Assembly: GCA_051294375.1 (NCBI GenBank)
Contig: CM119266.1
Location: forward strand, 15,996,760 to 16,060,759
Length of the DNA stretch: 64,000 nt
Direction of reading: 5' to 3'
Source of the DNA: Paraspadella gotoi
Lineage: Eukaryota; Animalia; Chaetognatha
Part shown: positions 60,703 through 64,000 of the stretch, piece after piece
How positions within the stretch are numbered: the first letter of the stretch is position 1
Layout of the letters: each line of letters begins with the position of its first letter
The notes under the pieces: model-generated
Told to the model about the DNA's origin: nothing
What the model saw: the letters and a program-made list of their open reading frames with translations, nothing else
Database searches by the model: none
Program-made: the position numbers and the translations under genes

Positions 60703-61461
60703 CTCTCTCTGTCCGGCACCTGGCTACCCTCATCCCACTGCATCTCCCGCAATGCCCTCATCCCACTGCATCTCCCGCAATGCCCATTGTCCGGAATTTG
60801 ATCTAATTATCTCCTTGACGGGCGAAGACTCATTTCTCGACATCATTATTCATGGCATCTGTCTCATTTCCTCAATCCCTTTTCCTCTTTCAAGACTTAA
60901 AAGCTACATACTTACAGTTATATGCATTCATACGTACAATTTTGAGTAGTTTTTTAAATTATTCTTGCAAAAATTTCACTTTTTCTATGTTCAGACGATA
61001 CCCTATAATAATTAAAGAAAATTAGGAACCGAGGTGACATATTTTATGCTCTTTATGCTCTCATTTTTTCCCCTTCCTTTTTCTTTCCTTCTTCTGTTCT
61101 CATCTCATCTTCCTCCTTCCTCCATATGTCTCTGTCGAAGTGTCATCCTCGGGTTCGAAGGATTGGGTGAAGGGTCCGTCTGTCCGTGTGTCCGTGATTC
61201 GTGCGGTCAAAAAGATTTGGGTGTTGGGGAATCGGGAATCGAGTTTCGGTAAGAAGTTTGACCAATTTATTCGCTTCCTTCTTCTGATGCTGGCTTTTAA
61301 AGCTCGGACAGAGATCCCGCCTTTTGGGGGGGCGGTGCANNNNNNNNNNNNNNNNNNNNNNNNNAAAAAAAAGAAAAGAAAATATTCCGTACTGATTCAG
61401 AGTTAAAGTATTTCGGTAAGTATTTAGGTATTTGTATTTGTATGTTACAAATTCTTAAAAT
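58696..61461 (-). repeat. Block C inverted copy (reverse complement of about 45952-48729)
   Basis: CTCGCTCTCTCTCTCTGCTTTCTTCTGGTATTC mirrors 48697-48729; the end TATGTTACAAATTCTTAAAAT mirrors 45952-45972; internal 25-N gap at 61340-61364. Confidence 0.93.
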
Positions 61462-62359
61462 GAGAGACTTTTATTTCGCAGGACCGGATTTCAGTTTTTC
61501 TCGGAATGCAGTTCAACAATTCCGTGGAAAAAAAAAAGATTAAGGGAATTTCAGGTTTTTGACAAGAGACTTTCCGTTTTATTTCTTGCTCTTTCTTTTC
61601 TCTGCCAGGATCTAAGTGAGTTCGATTAAAAAGAATGAAAGAAAAAAAATGAAAGAAAGAAAAAATGAAGGGGGGTTTTTCCGAAGGTAATTACCGCTAA
61701 TGAGAAAGGAAGGCGGATGAGAAGGAAAAAAAAAGGAGGAGAGTGAAAATTAAGAGAGAAATTGAAATTTAACCCGGCTGAAAAATGGAAGGGAGAGCAC
61801 AGTGTTGAATTCTTAACTTGTTTAAATTCTTTATAACGAGTAATGACTTTTTAAAAAAAATATAAATGGAAAAGTCAGGCGTCATTTTAAAATAATATTT
61901 ACGTTTTTGTACGTATTATACTGTGACCATGGAACATGGTCCCACTGCACAGTTTTTAGGTTTTCTGTCAAAAAAGGAAACTCTTAAATCTATTTTTTCT
62001 CATGAGTAGATGCGTCCTTTTCGAGATCCACTGTGCCTTCTTTCTCTCTTCCCCCACCTTAGGATCGCCGAGGAAAGACAGAAAGAAAAATGTCAAGGTG
62101 ATAAAAGCCGTCATTAAGGAATGTTCCGCCATCTTGTCGTTGAGGACGACGAAAACGACGACGAAGACGACGACGACCGAAACGATGAAAGTTTAATCTA
62201 GCGAAGCTCAAGCTTTGACCATATGTGCCGCCTTTTCCGCTTCGTTTCCCTTCTTTTTCTCTCATTCTTCATTTCAAAACGTGAAAAAAACTTGAAGAGG
62301 CAAAATTCTGTTTTAAAATATAATATATATAATAATTAATAATATATAATAATAATAAT

Positions 62360-62401
<42 letters not shown>

Positions 62402-64000
62402 TAATAATAATTCCTGCAACGCTAACCGGAACTCGTTTTCCGTTTCGGAAAAAAAAAAACCTCAAAAAATAGAGAAAAATAAATCTCGACATTCCAGACA
62501 TTTTATTTCTTTATTAATAAATTAGCGGGCACCTTATGAGCCTTAACCGGTTAGAAGTTTCCTAACTTTTTTCTTTCTTTCTCCTTCTCGAGAGTTTTCA
62601 GTAATTGAGTCTGTGTTTTTCTTGAACGGTGACTCCTTTCACCAATCAATCAATTTTCCGTCCAAGGCTATTAGTCGATGTTATTAGAGAAATGATTGGC
62701 GATGCGATCGTCAACCTGATTGGAAATACGTGATTAGATTAAATTATGGAACAAAGTAACAGCGAAAGATTTATTAGAAGAGTGGTGGATATCAATTAGA
62801 CTGGGAAAGGAAGTTTCGATGTGATTTTAGTGAAAAGATTTGTCCAAGTGATTTAAAACGATAACTTTTGAAAAACTATTTACGTATTTATGCTTCACCG
62901 AAAAGCAGAACTTATTATCGAATTTAGTTACGAATTCCGAAAAGTTTCTTCTTGACGGATTTTCTTTGCCTGTCCCACCGAAATTATCTAGAAAACAAAA
63001 AAGGAAGGAAAAAAAATTGGGGAAAAAAAAACAAAAAAACTTTCTTAACCTTTTCAGTGACGGAAAATTAGCAGATGTTACTTACGAAATTATTCAAGGG
63101 AAAAAAATCACGTTTTTCTTCGTCTTGAAATTTTTCAGGTTCTTAGGACTTTTGAAAAAAAATGGCTGCGAAAAAATCACTACTATGTAGTGTGATGAGA
63201 GAATTTTAAGTGGATCTTTGTTAGAGTTTTGAAAGTTAAAGGGTTTTATAAATTGAACTACTTTAAAGAGAAAACATGATTTATTAAGTTATGTTCCTTA
63301 GGCAAGAATTATAACAACCGGAAAACTTTATATTTTCCGAAGTCGGAGAAATCAAAGCGTAAAAAGTTCACTGGGTGAATAGTGAGTCATACTTTTATCT
63401 CTCCCACCTAGCTCCTACCAGCCTTCCCCCCCCTAAAAAAATACCCCCTTTTAACGTCATTTTTATTTTGAAAAAAAAATGTTATCGAGTTATTTTTCTA
63501 TATTTTTCTACACTTACGACAGAAACCCACACACGGCGATTGAGATTTTAGGTGGACTGCGAACGACCTGAGAGAGAATATTGTGAATAGAGATTCTGCG
63601 GAGCTCTACGGTAACAGACAATAATAAATAAGTTTGTTACGGTCGTCGCTCCCTCAGGACGCGTTCGTCGTCGTCGCCTCGCGGCGGCGAAAAAAGAAAT
63701 ATTTTCTCAGACTCGGGCACCGATTTTTGTGTCACCGGAAATAAGTTCTTTGAAGATGGAGAATGAAATGTTGTTTAAAGTTTGTAATCTAATAAGAGGC
63801 TTCGGATCTAGAGCTTCATATTCGATTATGACTCATAAGAAAAATATTAATTATGTTTGCTGTCGTGTGTTTAAAAATAAGACGCTCTGCAATACTAAGT
63901 TTGAAGAGGCTGGTTTTACAGGCGCCACACCCACAGCGGTGTCACTCGTGGCAACGCGAGACAGCATGTTCATGTAGTCCAGAGCTTTGGATCTGGCAGT
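61462..64000 (+). repeat. Block B copy 3 (near-identical to copy 2, offset about 8648)
   Basis: Starts with the same GAGAGACTTTTATTTCGCAGGACCGG as 52814; ORF-track entries repeat at +8648 (53354/62002, 53665/62313, 54318/62966). Confidence 0.95.
63902..64000 (-). mobile_element. Same SINE-like insertion in the third block-B copy, cut by the window end
   Basis: TGAAGAGGCTGGTTTTACAGGCGCC... matches 55255 onward and is preceded by the same AAGTT. Confidence 0.75.

Overview
Eukaryotic (almost certainly animal) scaffold sequence, not prokaryotic. It is AT-rich, CpG-retaining and saturated with (AG/CT)n and (GAC/GTC)n microsatellites, with 11 N-gaps. Nearly all ORFs in the supplied track are microsatellite translations. 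One real gene, only partly seen by the ORF track, can be built by hand: a 3-exon, 126-aa TEX49/SPMIP11-like microtubule inner protein gene (4866-5568, +), with a perfect 26-bp hairpin in intron 2. From about 21.6 kb onward the window is mostly re-used sequence: block A occurs 3 times, block B 3 times, and block C in direct and inverted copies including two fold-backs. Many junctions sit at exactly 25-N gaps. This is best read as long-read gap-filling and haplotype redundancy (about 40 kb unique out of 64 kb). The redundancy exposes a presence/absence 256-bp tRNA-headed (SINE-like) insertion with a 5-bp target-site duplication, plus other allelic indels. Several CpG-rich motif clusters look like promoters or enhancers. 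I found no convincing evidence of a wholly new multi-gene system.
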